Part shown: in pieces, positions 12,836 to 25,519 of the stretch
Position numbering within the stretch: the stretch's first letter is position 1
Layout: every line of letters starts with the position of its first letter
Assembly (NCBI RefSeq): GCF_964213995.1
Contig: NC_135801.1
Span: forward strand, 27,466,001 to 27,530,000
DNA: 64,000 nucleotides
Direction of reading: 5' to 3'
Source of the DNA: Mustelus asterias
Taxonomy: Eukaryota
Notes under the pieces: model-generated
What the model saw: only the letters and a program-made list of their open reading frames with translations
Told to the model about the DNA's origin: nothing
Database searches by the model: none
Made by a program: the position numbers and the translations under genes

Positions 12836-12914
12836 TTGACATTTCTGATTTTGCCATTCTCTAGGGAAGACAAGAAGCATCATAAAAAAAGTCGAGATTT
12901 CTTTAAAGTTATAA

Positions 12915-13900
12915 TGTTTCCAGCCTCCTCTAGTTCCCAGGCAGTGCATTCCAGGTTCCCACCACCTCCAAGTGATTTTTTTTCTCCAATCCCCTCTGAA
13001 TCTCCTGCCCCTTACCCTAAAACTATGCCCCCTTGTGATTGACCCCTCAACCAAGGGGAACAGCTGCTTCCTATTCACCCTGTCCATACACCTCAATCAT
13101 GTCCCCCCCTTAGCCTTCTCTGTCCTAAAAAATGTTTTAAGTCTATCCAGTCTCTCCCTATAGCTCAAATGCTCCATCCCAGCCAACCTCCTGGTGAACC
13201 TCCTCTGCACCCCCTCTAGTGCAAGCACATCCTTCCTATAGTGAGATGCCCAGAACTACACACAACACTCCAGCTGTGGCCTAACCAACACTCTGTACAA
13301 CTCCAACATTACCTCCTTTCTCTTACACTCTATGTCACAACTGATAAGAAGGCATATGAGGCATTTGCTTTTAACTATCCTATTCATGTGCTCTCCCGAT
13401 TTCAGGGATCTATGAATAAGTACGCCAAGATCCACCTGTTCCTCTGTCTTGTTACTTCTTCCAGGTGTATCAGCTCGCACTTAACAGGGTTAAATGCCAT
13501 CTGCCACTGCTCTGGCAAACTATCTAGATCTTCCTGGAATCTACAACCACCTTCTTCACTATTAACCACCCTACCAACCTTGGTGTCATCTGCAAACTTG
13601 CTCATCATTCCCCCCCCACATTTTCATCTATATCATTTATGTATATAACAAACAATAAGAGTCCCAGTACTAATCGTCGTGGCACACCGCCGGACACCAG
13701 CCTCCAGCCACTCGAACAGCATTCTACCACTACCCTTTATGTCCTATTACGAAGCCAGTTTCTGATCCATCTTGCCATGTTTCCCTGAATTGCATGTGCT
13801 TTAACCTTCTCAATCAGTCTCCCATGTTGGACTTGTCAAAAGCTTTGCTAAAATCTATATAAACTACATCAAATGAACTTTCCTCATTCACATCTTGATC
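12915..13900 (-). mobile_element. Degenerate CR1 LINE
   Basis: SKFADDTKVG...WQMAFNPVKCE, LYRVLVRPQLECCV, TRGHSFRVRG. Confidence 0.85.
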
Positions 13901-14430
13901 AAATTCTAACATAAGATAGTACAAGTATCATTCCAGGTACAATAATTATGCAAGAGATAAACTGTCTTCCTCTGCCCCTTACCAGTCCTTCTCAAATTGC
14001 TAGCTGGATAGGCAGAGCTTTATACTCATTAGAAACATATAGTAAAAAAGTGGACCATTCAGCCCATCACGGCTCTTTGAAAGAACTAATTTAATCTTTC
14101 CCCCATTCCATAACCCAGCAAATTAGTTTTCTTCAAATATCTGTCCAATTACCTTTTGATAGTTCCTATGAAATCTTATTCCACCATCCTTTCAGTTAAT
14201 GCTTTCCAGACCATCACAACCCTCTGTCCGAAATAATTTCTCTTCACTTACCTTCATTTTAATCAACCAGTTTGCCTAATGAATAATTTTTCTCTACTTT
14301 CTCTTGTGAATTTAAATAGCTTTTAATATCTCCAAGTCACCTTATGCTTACTTCTATGCTCCAAGGAGAACAATCCCACTTCTCCAATCTCCCCACATGA
14401 CTAAAGATCCACATTCCTAATATCATCGAA

Positions 14431-14645
14431 TCAAGGACAGCTTCTTCCCTGCTGCCATCAGACTTTTGAATGAACATACTTCGCACTAAGTTGATCTTTC
14501 TCTACACCCGAGCTATGACTGTAACATTGCATTCTGCACTCTCTCCTTTCCTTCCATGTACGGTATGCTTTACCTGTATAGCACGCAAGAAACAATACTT
14601 TTCACTGTATACTAATACATGTGACAATAATAAATCAAATCAAAA
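14431..14645 (+). mobile_element. Rex1/Babar-like LINE 3' end
   Basis: FKDSFFPAAIRLLN-type C-terminus and tail acatgtgacaataataaatcaaatcaaa; second copy inverted at 55707-55936. Clade assignment is tentative. Confidence 0.6.
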
Positions 14646-15169
14646 TCTTGATAGGCCTATAAAAGGTATTGAGGTGGTTTAAGTTTGGTGCCCGGAATTA
14701 TACATGATACTTCACCTGAGGCCTAACCATACGACAGTCGATATATGCGTTAGCAGTGATGTAATGTGAAGTGGACAGTAATGTTGTTTTCTTCGACTTG
14801 CAGGCTGATCTTGCCATTTGTGATGAAGCACATGGTTTCTGCTAGATCCGCTGCCCCCCCACCCCTCCCCCCAAAATCTCCCACTGTTGAGCTTGAAAGT
14901 ATCAACGTGAGAAAATCAAAAGATATAGTTCCATGTTTATAGCATCCTCAAATTCCACCCCTTCCCCTTTCTACTGAAGGTACCAATTTACGAATTAAAA
15001 TCATTCATGGGGATGTGGGCATCGCTGGTTCCACCAACATTTATTGCCCATCCCTAAGGAATTCATGCAGTGATGACCTGGAACTGAAATAAATTACCAA
15101 CAACCACAACCATCATCCTTTGTGCCAGGTATGACTCCAACCAGCAGGGAGATTTCCCCCCAACTCCTG

Positions 15170-15897
15170 TATAAAGGGAAAGACTCTTAGTACTGTAGAG
15201 GATCAGAAGGACCTTGGGGTCCGGGTCCATAGGACTCTAAAATTGGCCCCGCAGGTGGAGGAGGTGGTTAAGAAGGCATATGGTGTGCTGGCCTTTATCA
15301 ATCGAGGGATTGAGTTTAGGAGTCCGGGGATAATAATGCAGCTATATAAGACCCTCGTCAGACCCCACTTGGAGTACTGTGCTCAGTCCTGGTCGCCTCA
15401 TTACAGGAAGGATGTGGAAAAGATTGAAAGGGTGCAGAGGAGATTTACAAGGATGTTGCCTGGATTGAGTGGCATGCCTTATGAGGATAGGCTGAAGGAG
15501 CTCGGTCTTTTCTCCTTGGAGAGACGTATGATGAGAGGAGATCTAATAGAAGTATATAAGATGTTGAGAGGCATAGATCGGGTGGACTCTCAGAGGTTTT
15601 TCCCAGTGTGGAAATGGCTGCTACGAGAGGACACAGGTTTAAGGTGCTGGGGGGTAGGTACAGGGGAAATGTTCGGGGGAAGTTTTTCACACAGAGGGTG
15701 GTGGGCGAGTGGAATCGGCTGCCGTCAGTGGTGGTGGAGGCAAACTCAATAGGGTCTTTTAAGAGACTCCTGGATGAGTACATGGGACTTAATAGGATGG
15801 AGGGTTATAGGTAGGCCTAGAAGGTAGGGATATGTTCGGCACAACTTGTGGGGCTGAAGGGCCTGTTTTGTGCTGTAGTTTTTCTCTGTTCTATGTT
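15170..15897 (+). mobile_element. CR1 LINE 3' fragment nested in an older LINE
   Basis: ORF 15243-15752 VKKAYGVLAFINRGIEFRS...LVRPHLEYCAQ...MRGDLIEVYK; tail ttctatgtt. Confidence 0.9.
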
Positions 15898-17180
15898 CCA
15901 GTTTTGCTAGGGCCCCTCGATGCTACAAATGGTCAAATGCTGTCTTGATGTCAAGGACATCATCTCACCCCTGGAGTTCAGCTCTTTTGTTCATGTTTGA
16001 ACCAAAGCTGTAAGATCAGGAGCCGAGTGGCCCTGCGAGAACCCGAACAGTGAGCATGTTGTTGCTAAGTAAGTGCTGCTCGATAGCACTGATGACCCAT
16101 TTCATCACTTTACTGATGACTGAGAGTATTCTGATGGGGCAGTTATTGGCAAAGTTTCATTTTGTCCATTGTGTGTACAGGACATACCCGGGAAACTTTG
16201 CACATTGTAAATGTCATTGTTGTAGCTGTACAAATGCAGCTTGGTGAGGGACATGTGGAGCACAAGTCTTCAGTTCCGTTGCTTGCTTGTGGTGCTACCG
16301 AGCTACTCATGGTGATGGACATTGAAGACTCCACCCAGAGTAGACGCAACATTTCCACCCCCAGTGCTTCCTCCAAGTGGTGTTCAACATGGAGGAGCAC
16401 TAGTTCATCATGTGGGGGAAGGACACAGTACGTGGTAATCAGCAGGTAGTTTCCTTGCCAATGTTTGACCTGATGCCTTAAGCCTTCATGGGGTCCAGAT
16501 GTTGAGGACTCTCAGGGCAACTCCCTCCTAGGCCCATACATTTGCTGTACCCACTGCTTTCAGCCATTTCTTGACAAAGCATGGAGTGAATCGAATTGGC
16601 TGAAGACTGGCATCTGTAATGTTGGGGACTTTGAGAGGAGGCACCAATGGATCATCCATACAGCACTTCTAGCTGAAGATTGCGAATGTTTCTGCCTTCT
16701 CTTTTGCACTAATGTGCTGGGCTCTTCCATCGAGGATGGGAATATTTGTGGAGCCTCCTCCTCCAGTGAGTTGTGTGATTGTCTACCACCCTTCACCACT
16801 GGATGTGGCAAGACTGCAGAGCTTAGATCTGATCTGTTGGGTTGTGGAATTACTTAGCTCTGTCCATCACTGGCTTTATGTTGTAGCTTCACCAGATTGG
16901 CACTTTATCTTTAGGTATGCCCACCTGCATTCTTCATTGAACAAGGGTTGATCCTCTGGTTTGGTGGTAATGGTAGAGTGGGGGGATATGCTAAAGTTTG
17001 AGGTCAGAGATTGTGATGGAGTACAGTTCCGCTGTTGCTGATGGTCTATAGCACCTCATGGTTGCCCAGTCTGGTGTGCGAGATCTGTTTCGAAATCTAT
17101 CCTATTTAGCACGGTGGTAGTGCCACACAATACAATGGGACTTAATCTCCACAAGGACTGTACAGTGGTCACTCCTACCA

Positions 17181-17219
17181 AGCTTTGACAAAGGGTCATC
17201 TGGACTCGAAACGTCAGCT
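17181..17219 (+). ncRNA. Minimal hammerhead motif with U3:A8 core variant (Penelope-like family B)
   Basis: agcu-UUGACAA-a-GGGUC-aucug-GACUC-GAAA-cg-UC-agcu; GUC cleavage triplet, ACGU palindromic stem III. Confidence 0.6.
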
Positions 17220-17281
17220 CTTTTCTCTCCTTACAGATGCTGCCAGTCCTGCTGAGATTTTCCAACATTTTCTCTTTTGGT
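17181..17281 (+). mobile_element. Penelope-like family B fragment with about 16-bp target site duplication
   Basis: Flanked by TGGTCACTCCTACCAA (17166-17181 and 17278-17293); homologous to 46535-46643 on the opposite strand. Confidence 0.7.
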
Positions 17282-18729
17282 CACTCCTACCAATGCTGTC
17301 ATGGATGACGCACCTGCGGCAGGCAGGTTGGTGAAGATGAAATCAGGCATGTTTTTCCCACTTGTTGGTTCCCTCGCCACCTGCCGCAGGCCCAACCTAG
17401 CAGCTATGCCCTTTAGGACTCAGCCAGCTCGGTTTGTGGTGCTACTGAGCTACTCACGGTGATGGACATTGCAGACCCCCACCAGGAGTACATGCAACAT
17501 TGCCACCCTCAGTGCTTCCTCCAAGTGGTGTTCAACATGGAGCAGTATTGGTTCATCATGTGGGGGAAGGGAAGTACATGGTAATCAGCATGTTTGACCC
17601 GATGCCATGAGACTTCAAGGGGTCCAGATGTTGAGGATTCTCAGGGCAACTTCCTCCCGACTGTATACCATTATGCCACTATCTCTGCTGGGTCTGTCAT
17701 GCGGGTGGGACAGGACATACCTAGGAATGGTGACACTGGTATCTGGGACATCGTCACACTCACTGAATCATACCTTACAGACCATGTCAGGCTGTTGCCC
17801 GACTAGTCTGTGAGACGGCTCTCCCAGCGTTGGCACTGTCCCCAAGAACTTTGCAGGGTTGACAGGGCTGAGTTTGCCACTGCTGTTTCCGGTGCCTAGG
17901 TCAATGCAGGTGGTCTGCCTGGTTCTATTCATTTTAGACTTTTAACGGTAGCCTCCATGGGCACTGATAACTTTCTTGTAGCAAATGGTAGCAGGCTATT
18001 TGAAGATCAAGAGTGGACTTTGTAGATAGACCCACTCATGACCTTGCCTAACCTCCACAGTAGGAGATAAAGTACTGTAGCTGAGTTTCCTTTTCCTCCT
18101 CCTCAGGACAGGGATGTTAAAACTAATTGTGCCACTTCCATTTCTGCTATATCGGAGATCAACTAACTTGGCACAGAACAGAGATTGAACTCCTGGATCT
18201 TTGGCTTGTGTAGCTCAATATCACAGCCACGTGATTTATATATCCAGTAAATTAACAGCTGATAATCCACCCTTTGTAACTGAAAAAAAAAAGCAGATCA
18301 TAGGATCAAAGTTACAGGAAGTGGGAAAATAGTGAACAGTCCAGTCAGTTGTAAGCTTGGAGCATTTATTGCCATGGACAACCTACTGCTCTAATGTGAA
18401 TTAATTCAGCAATGCAGAACTTCTACACTAGGTTTTGATGTTCAATATGTTGACAAATCCACAAAGGCCATTAATAATGGATACAGTGCTACAATGCTGT
18501 AGAAAGATTGAAATGTACATTAACTCTGAAATACTGTAACCCTTTCTCATTTTGAATCAATAAAAAAAGACAGACTTAAAGCAGAAGGGTGACCAACACA
18601 AGATGAGGTTTAAAATGAACAGGTATTTCATGTTTGAAAACAAACCATGCACAGTCAGAATCATTGAAATATTGACACATATATTACAGTTTTAAAATCA
18701 ATTAGATCCATAATTTGTTCTTTCCACAT

Positions 18730-20215
18730 GTTTCTATCTTCACGGTAAAAATCCATTTATTCACAATTTACCACTTTTTTCTTTAACGACCATTAGAAAA
18801 ACAAATTCTCTTGTTCTATATCAAGTTATTAACTTCATATATTGATCACAGCATAATTCATTTTGTCAAAACCAAAACATATTACAAATGTTTTCCCATC
18901 CCCGGCAACCAAAACAATTCTCACACTCACCCAGACACTCTTATAAAATGCACACGTTTTTCATTTAATACACCGAGGATTCACACCACGCGAGGGATAT
19001 CTGTAAACTTTTGGAATAATTCCATTCTCTCGTACTCGCACCCGTTAAGCTTTTATCCCCTGTCACGTTAACAAAACGATGTAATTTTAGTAAGGCTGCA
19101 AACAGCAGTTACAAAATGCAGAGCTTAACTAGTCAAGCTTTCAGGGAAAAAAAAGCACTGTACTGAAACAGAAGTTTAGATTGTGCTACTGTTCTTTAGA
19201 AAAAAATTGCTTGCATGTGGCCAAGATTATAGCTTTACACCTGAAGCAAGATTAAATGTTACTTGATTTGAAATAATGTTGTCACATTAACACAAGAATA
19301 CTCTATTTGGATAACGCTTCAGTTGCTGGCTTTGATTAGTCAGTGGAGTGAAATGAACAGAAAATGGAAAAATGATATCTCACACTTTATCAACAAGGTC
19401 AGACCATTCACTGAGTTAAGCTACTATATCTGAATGCCAGAGAGTGCAACATTATTGTCAATCGCTGTATTTAATACATTAGTATTAAATACTACATAAC
19501 TAGGGCCAGGGGAGAAATCATATGCAAGCTAATGCACTTGAACATTATTCAAAAAATTCTTAACTCATCACTTAACTAGCAGGAAAAGACCTATAAATAA
19601 CAGTACGTCATCCTAGTGATATGGATATGCAACTCAAGATGCTTTCGCCAGACACAGGCTAACTTTTGGAGAACAAACGTTATCTGATTGTGCCAAGTGT
19701 TATTCACAATTTAAAGTGGACAGGGTACACAAATTGCACAAGTGTTAGCTTTCACTGAAACCCCATTGAAAATATTGAATGACGCCGTATTCACGATCAG
19801 ATTAACTAAAAATTTAACAGCTGCTACTGATAGTATCTCAAGAAAGTTTAGAGGTGAGCACCATAAACCCATAAATAGTGCGTGTAGTTACATTTGGCTA
19901 AAAACCCATCTTAATTTGAAACAGTGAAAATGGCCAAGACTACCAAGTAGGACAAGCTACACTGCACAATTAGTAGGTTAGTAGTGTTTACTGCTACATA
20001 ACAAACTTTCATATGCTAAAGGCAAATGTATATTTACTTGCTCAGGTGCCTTATGTATTTTGCAAAAGTTAATCCTTGACTAATTTAAATACAAGGTGAA
20101 TGATAATTCAAAGAACAGAGCATTTTAAAAGGTCCTGATCTGGCAGTTCCATGTAGCTTTAGTGCATAGCTTCTTCTGCTTTTGCTAGTTGCTTAAAGAG
20201 AAAGCTGCATAAATT
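18730..20215 (-). other. SETD7: Probable SETD7 3' UTR with candidate polyadenylation signal AATAAA at 18756-18761
   Basis: About 1.5 kb of AT-rich sequence without recognisable repeats directly after the stop. Plus-strand tttatt at 18756-18761. The true 3' end is not established. Confidence 0.5.
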
Positions 20216-20396
20216 TCATTTCCGCTGAACAGGTTGGATGGCCTGCAGTTCAAGCTTGTACCAGTCAGGAGCTTCTGGGCCACCCTTGCCTGCAGAATAG
20301 TGATCGTATCCATAAGCCACGGTAAGCTCTTCATCCTCCTGTACCATCCGGATGGTGCGGATGCTTTTAATAGGTCCGAACCGAGGATGAATGAAC
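20216..20396 (-). CDS. SETD7: SETD7 exon 8 (terminal coding exon, ELxxxY motif, post-SET)
   Basis: tgtcaag|..., 181 nt to TGA; (T)FIHPRFGPIKSIRTIRMVQEDEELTVAYGYDHYSAGKGGPEAPDWYKLELQAIQPVQRK*. Confidence 0.97.
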
Positions 20397-21926
20397 CTTG
20401 ACAGAAAAATTTACAATGATGTATACCAAGGCAATTTCGTTTTTTAAAAAGTGGCTTAATTCAAGTATGTTGCACAGTGAAGCAAGAAGCTCTCTTGGAC
20501 AAATGAATTGGAAGGAAAGTAAGAATAATTTGTTGCATTTCTTAGCATCAGAATAGTAGTATTAGTGCCAAATGCCAGGAAGACCCACACCCAATAAACA
20601 TCAGCTAAATGGGCATTATACAAGTTAAAATTAAGAAGTAGGTTTACTGAGGAGATTTAAAAATTGTTTTTTTTTACACTACTGGTAGTACCATATATTA
20701 ATTATTCATTACCAAGACCTATTCTAAAAACATATGAGAAAACACTATGGTTTCATTATTCATAGTAGGTGTCAAATCTGCTCTTAGTTCATTTTGTGCT
20801 CCTACAGTTTCTAGAGCTCAAGTATATCCACAGCTCAGTAAACAATAATTTGCCTTTTGAAGATGATTGAGGAGACAACACATTGATGCCTTACATCCTA
20901 AACAGAGGGAGAAGTTTACTGATTTCTGGCATGAGATTGATGGTGTGATTGCAATGTGCACTTGAAGATGTGAGCCTAAGGCCTCATCAAAATTGGAACT
21001 CATATGCAGCCCTCCACCCAGGGCCTTAGAAAATTTAGCTATCTTGCAGCCCAAGCTTTTCTGAAGACGGGGAGGCAAGATGTGGGGTGGATGGGCCGAG
21101 ACCAGCATGAATCCCGTGGAGCCAAGGGAAGAAGTCCTGTTCCTCCAAAAATTAAAATTTAAAAAGTTCTTTCCTACATTTTTTTGTGAGTGATCATTAA
21201 CAGTCCCTTTTGTGGACCACTGCTTAGGCCATAAACCTGAAACAACTGGAGGGAGGATGCGTGTCCTCAGTTGATGACTACTTTCAATCAATAGGGCCCC
21301 TATTTGAGTAGTCAGGGCACCCAAAGCCCATTTCAGGTGGGTGCTTTGTACAGCTAAAAGTCAGAGGCTTCTAATTTGCCAACCAAGGCCCATTCAGGGG
21401 AGATCTTGCACAAGAGACAATGACCCAAAACTTTTCCCTCCAACATCAATTTTTCACCCCCAAAAAAAGAACAAATTTCTCCTCAGAGTTTAGAATCTTA
21501 GCTGTGGTATTTGGCAAAAATGCACTAGTTGGAAGAACTAAAAAGAAGCAGATAACATTTACACCACACCATCTCCAAATCCAACAAGAATGACATCTAA
21601 CTAAGGTTCCCTGACTTTCAACAGCATTATCACTGCTGAGTCTCCCACAACAATGATTTGACCATAACCAAAGTTACAAACTTTGTTTCTTATCCTTTCT
21701 ATAGCTTTGGACATTATGGGAATACTTGTTGAGTTCTTTTGCAAAAATAGGCCCAGGCTAAAATCTATTCCAATCCAAAGATTGTATAGTTACTTAAAAC
21801 TAAAGTAAATGATCACTCTTCTATCATTACCTTCTCTCCTCAAAGCGATTACCCATTATAAAAACGTGTACATGTAAATAAAGTTAGAGTATTGTTTGCA
21901 GCTGTAAAACAATAGCAACTACTTAC

Positions 21927-22084
21927 GTCGCATAACTGCAATTGGGAGTAAAGGAGTGATTTGCTTTGTGCCCCAATGATGCACAGTAGCGTTTTGTACT
22001 GATGTAAGGCTCAGGAACATCTAGCACAGTATCACCATCCAATGATATAGTATTCCCATTGAGAGACCAGTCTCTAGAATCTAC
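21927..22084 (-). CDS. SETD7: SETD7 exon 7 (SET domain, NHS motif)
   Basis: ttccag|...|GTAAGT, 158 nt; VDSRDWSLNGNTISLDGDTVLDVPEPYISTKRYCASLGHKANHSFTPNCSYA(T). Confidence 0.97.
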
Positions 22085-22187
22085 CTGGAAAGACAAGTGA
22101 TTTTCTATGAAACAACTAGACTTTTCTGCATTCTGTTTGACTGGTAAATTCTACCTTCATTAGAAACCTTGGGATGGTGCCTCTCAC

Positions 22188-22305
22188 CTCTTCATGAGTC
22201 AGTCGCATTCCATTGTAGAAAGCCATGACTGTGTCAGGTTCTGCTGCTACTTTTGCAAATAAACCTTCCCCAGCATCAGGAATAAGAGACTCAGCAACAT
22301 ACACC
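22188..22305 (-). CDS. SETD7: SETD7 exon 6 (start of SET domain)
   Basis: attag|...|GTGAG, 118 nt; (R)VYVAESLIPDAGEGLFAKVAAEPDTVMAFYNGMRLTHEE, with the AGEGLF SAM-binding motif and FYNG. Confidence 0.97.
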
Positions 22306-23264
22306 CTAATTTAGGAGAAGTAAGAAACAACATTTATGAAAGTCCTTTGATAAAAATGTGCAATCCCTTCAATATATTAAAATTATAACTCAGCATTTGC
22401 TTTGTACAATGAAAGGAGGTAGTTGGTTAATCTTGACCAGTGGATAGATAAGCTTGCCTTTGCAACTGCATCTGAACCACACTTGGACAAACACGTTGCA
22501 GTGGTAACTTAAAGTTAAGCTCAGCTCAACTCATTTTAAAAACTTTAATTTTCTATACTCGTCCTTTGGTGAAATACTTTTCAGCAAGATGGAGAGAAGA
22601 TCCATCTCTCCTGGGTTCAGTGGTCCAAAGCTATGCTTACCAATGGACTTCATGGAAACAATCTTTCTACATCAAAGTCCATAATACCCATTTTCCAGAG
22701 AGATAGGTCCAGGCCATCGGTCATCAGGTACATTCTCTTGCTTGGTGTTCTAAATTCTAGGTCTCATGTCATTATCAATTAATGTAAATTTGAACGCCTT
22801 CCCAACTCTTTAATAATTGAAGTCACAAAGCTGTAGAATATCTATTAACAAAGAATCCATGACATCTCAATTTATTCACTTTTAGTAACAAAGTGTTACT
22901 TCATGTTCATTTATTCATCACATGGGTTCAGTGTTCATTCTGGAATTGATGGGGTAGGTTTTTGTCTTTACTGACAGGCCATTAAGCATCACTTGAGAAA
23001 CGGGGAGCATTTCTTCCTCCCTGTATGATGCTCCTTTTTGCAATCCGCCTGACGCCCAGGTGGTGAAGAAAAATATCGACCTCAATCACTTTTCTCAGCA
23101 CGAGTCAGCTCATGAAGATGAATTAAATAAAGCATTCGAGACTCTCCAGAATGCACTCAGGAATCCATAAATTTAGATCCCCTTTTGACAATTACTCTCG
23201 CTTCAAGCAGAGTGGTCTTAGAGGATACCAATGCAGTAAATTGTTACAATTTGCAAACATGCTA

Positions 23265-23540
23265 GGGGGCAGCACAATGGCGAGCACTGCTGCCTCACAG
23301 CGCCAGCGGGTTCAATTCCCGGCTCAGGTCACTGTCTGTGCGGGGTCTGCGCGTTCTCCCGGTATCTGCGTGGGTTTGCTCCGGTTTCCTCCCACAGTCC
23401 GAAAGGTGTGCTGATTAGGTGCATTGGCCTTGCTAAATTCTCCCTCAATGTAGCCGAACAGGTGCCGACTAGGGGATTTTCACAGTAACTTCACTGCAGT
23501 GTTAATGTAAGCCTACTTGTGACACTAATAAATAAACTTA
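23265..23540 (+). mobile_element. V-SINE, tail type B
   Basis: Head, V-domain and tail B ending aataaataaactt. Confidence 0.88.
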
Positions 23541-24184
23541 AAATACTAATTTAAATGAGAACGATCTATTAAAAACTAGTAAACCACAATTAAGCAACTT
23601 TTACATGAAAGTGGGTGTTACTCCAGATCACTGATTGAAAATAATTTTTATAAATAAAACTGATTTATCATGAAATCTGAGTCAGGAATTTCAATATATT
23701 TTAGTGATAAGCCGAATGAGCTCCACCTGAAACACAATGTAGAGCGGAGCTGACAGAGCAAAGGGGAGCCAAGCTAACCCAATACTTGCAGCAGACAAAC
23801 AAGACATTAAAGGGATTAGGCCTCAAAGAAAACCACAGACAAGACATTTGAAAAAGAACCCACTAGAAAACAGCCTGGGAAAGACTAAGGCTGACCAAAG
23901 GAGGAAAGAAGCCCGCCCCCTTCCCCACCCACAAAAACAGTCCCCAAAGACACAAATACATTCAGAAAGAAAGCAGAATGCTGGATTTCTGAAATAAAAT
24001 CAAAAAGAGCTGGAAATATACAGTGTCCATTTACATCTGAAAATGTTAAAAAGTCTACTTAATGATTGGTGCAAGACCCCTCCACCTTTCTCTTTTCAGA
24101 TGTGTATTTCCAATGTTTGGGGGGTAGATATTGTTTCTCGTTGCGCCCATCTTAAAACTCACACAACAAAGGCCAATTTTGAGA

Positions 24185-24552
24185 ATCATAAGATCATAGA
24201 ATCCCCCACAGTGCAGAAGGAGGCCATTCGGCCCATCGAGCCTGCACCGACAATCACACCCAGGCTCTATTAGTGTCACAAGTAGGCTTACATTAACACT
24301 GCAATCAAGTTACTGTGAAAATCCCCTCGTCGCCACGCTCCGGCGCCTGTTTGGGTCACGGAGGGAGAATTTAGCATGACTAATGCACCTAACCAGCACG
24401 TCTTTCGGACAGTGGGAGCAAACTGGAGCACCCGGAGGAAACCCACGCAGGGAGAGGGAGAACTTGCGAACTTCACACAGACAGTGACCCAAGGCCGGAA
24501 TTGAACTTGGGTTCCTGGCTCTGTGGGGCAGCAGTGCTAACTACTGTGCCTG
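24185..24552 (-). mobile_element. V-SINE tail B followed directly by a tail A segment
   Basis: Tail B element 24268-24552 abuts tail A 3' piece 24185-24267 in the same orientation. Confidence 0.8.
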
Positions 24553-25309
24553 ACACCTCATCCCCACAAAGACCTAGAAAAAGACATCTATCCCAAAATT
24601 GGAGCTGGCCTTTTTGTTTTAAAAAAAATAGGGCATCTGGGGGGCGACTACCCGAAACAGACATTAGGCCTTTAGCATGTGCTGATGAAGGGATCAATGC
24701 AGATTTTAGGATTCCTATGGAAATCAGGACAGCCCTGAGCAAGGGAAACGTTGGGCTTGGTCTGCTCAGGTTTTCCAGGCATGGACTCATTCTACTAAGA
24801 GGCTAGCTACAATAAGGCAAACTTTGTTTTAAATTTGACGTGGAGTCAGGAGCAGGAATGCTCCAGAGCAGTTACTGCACACGTGAACAATTTGGGATTA
24901 GCCCACTTTCTGTTCTGTTCCCTCAGTGCTTAGCTTTGGACTGCTGCTAGAGAGACCAGTGGCCTGATCTTTAGTAAATGAATGAGCTGTCTGTGATGGT
25001 GTAACAGTCACCAGCAGCTTACTCAGACAAAGTTGATCAGGCCCAATTCTGGGCCAACCTTGCGGTTCCTTGCCCTTCAGGTTGGGATGCATGCTCCCAT
25101 TTCAAGCTCAAAAATGGGCACTTCCTTGCCCTTGCTGTTTTTAAATCTTATGAATACGGTATACTTCTATTTTCACAATCCGAGCAACTATTTCATACCG
25201 ACAGCACCACCACTCACAAGGCGGCAAAACATGATTCTTTTTCTGACTATAAATAATTGTAACATTTAAAAATAAAAGCTGGTTTATGAAGGGAAGAAAT
25301 TTGAATAAC

Positions 25310-25391
25310 CTCTCATTTTCATAAGGGTCAGGAAGGAGACAATCTGTAGAAATGCAGAAAGAGGTGGACTTGTCGAAGGTGTAAACTGGAC
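25310..25391 (-). CDS. SETD7: SETD7 exon 5
   Basis: aacag|...AG|GTTATT, 82 nt; (G)PVYTFDKSTSFCISTDCLLPDPYENE(R). Confidence 0.94.
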
Positions 25392-25519
25392 CTGTTGTAG
25401 AGAAAGAAGGATATTAAATATCAACAGTTGATCAGATTTGCAGGCAACATTGCTTAAATTGTCTATACATGTCTTTCAAAACAATCATCAGTTTTAATGG
25501 ACATCTTAACTAAATGCCA

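Larger units (their letters stand above)
14995..17945 (-). mobile_element. Rearranged copies of the same degenerate LINE family as 20-2030, hosting nested CR1 and Penelope-like inserts
   Basis: Blocks homologous to 800-2030 (for example gaatcgaattggctgaagactggcatc). Tail ttattgcccatccctaa at about 15040. 16310-16530 recurs at 17455-17660. Confidence 0.75.

Noticed and set aside
20905-21485. 168-aa ORF or an old Harbinger-like element in SETD7 intron 7
   Set aside because: The ORF has no recognisable domain, and the putative terminal repeats and duplication are too degenerate to support.
22116-22304. 62-aa standalone ORF
   Set aside because: It is SETD7 exon 6 read through into intron 6.
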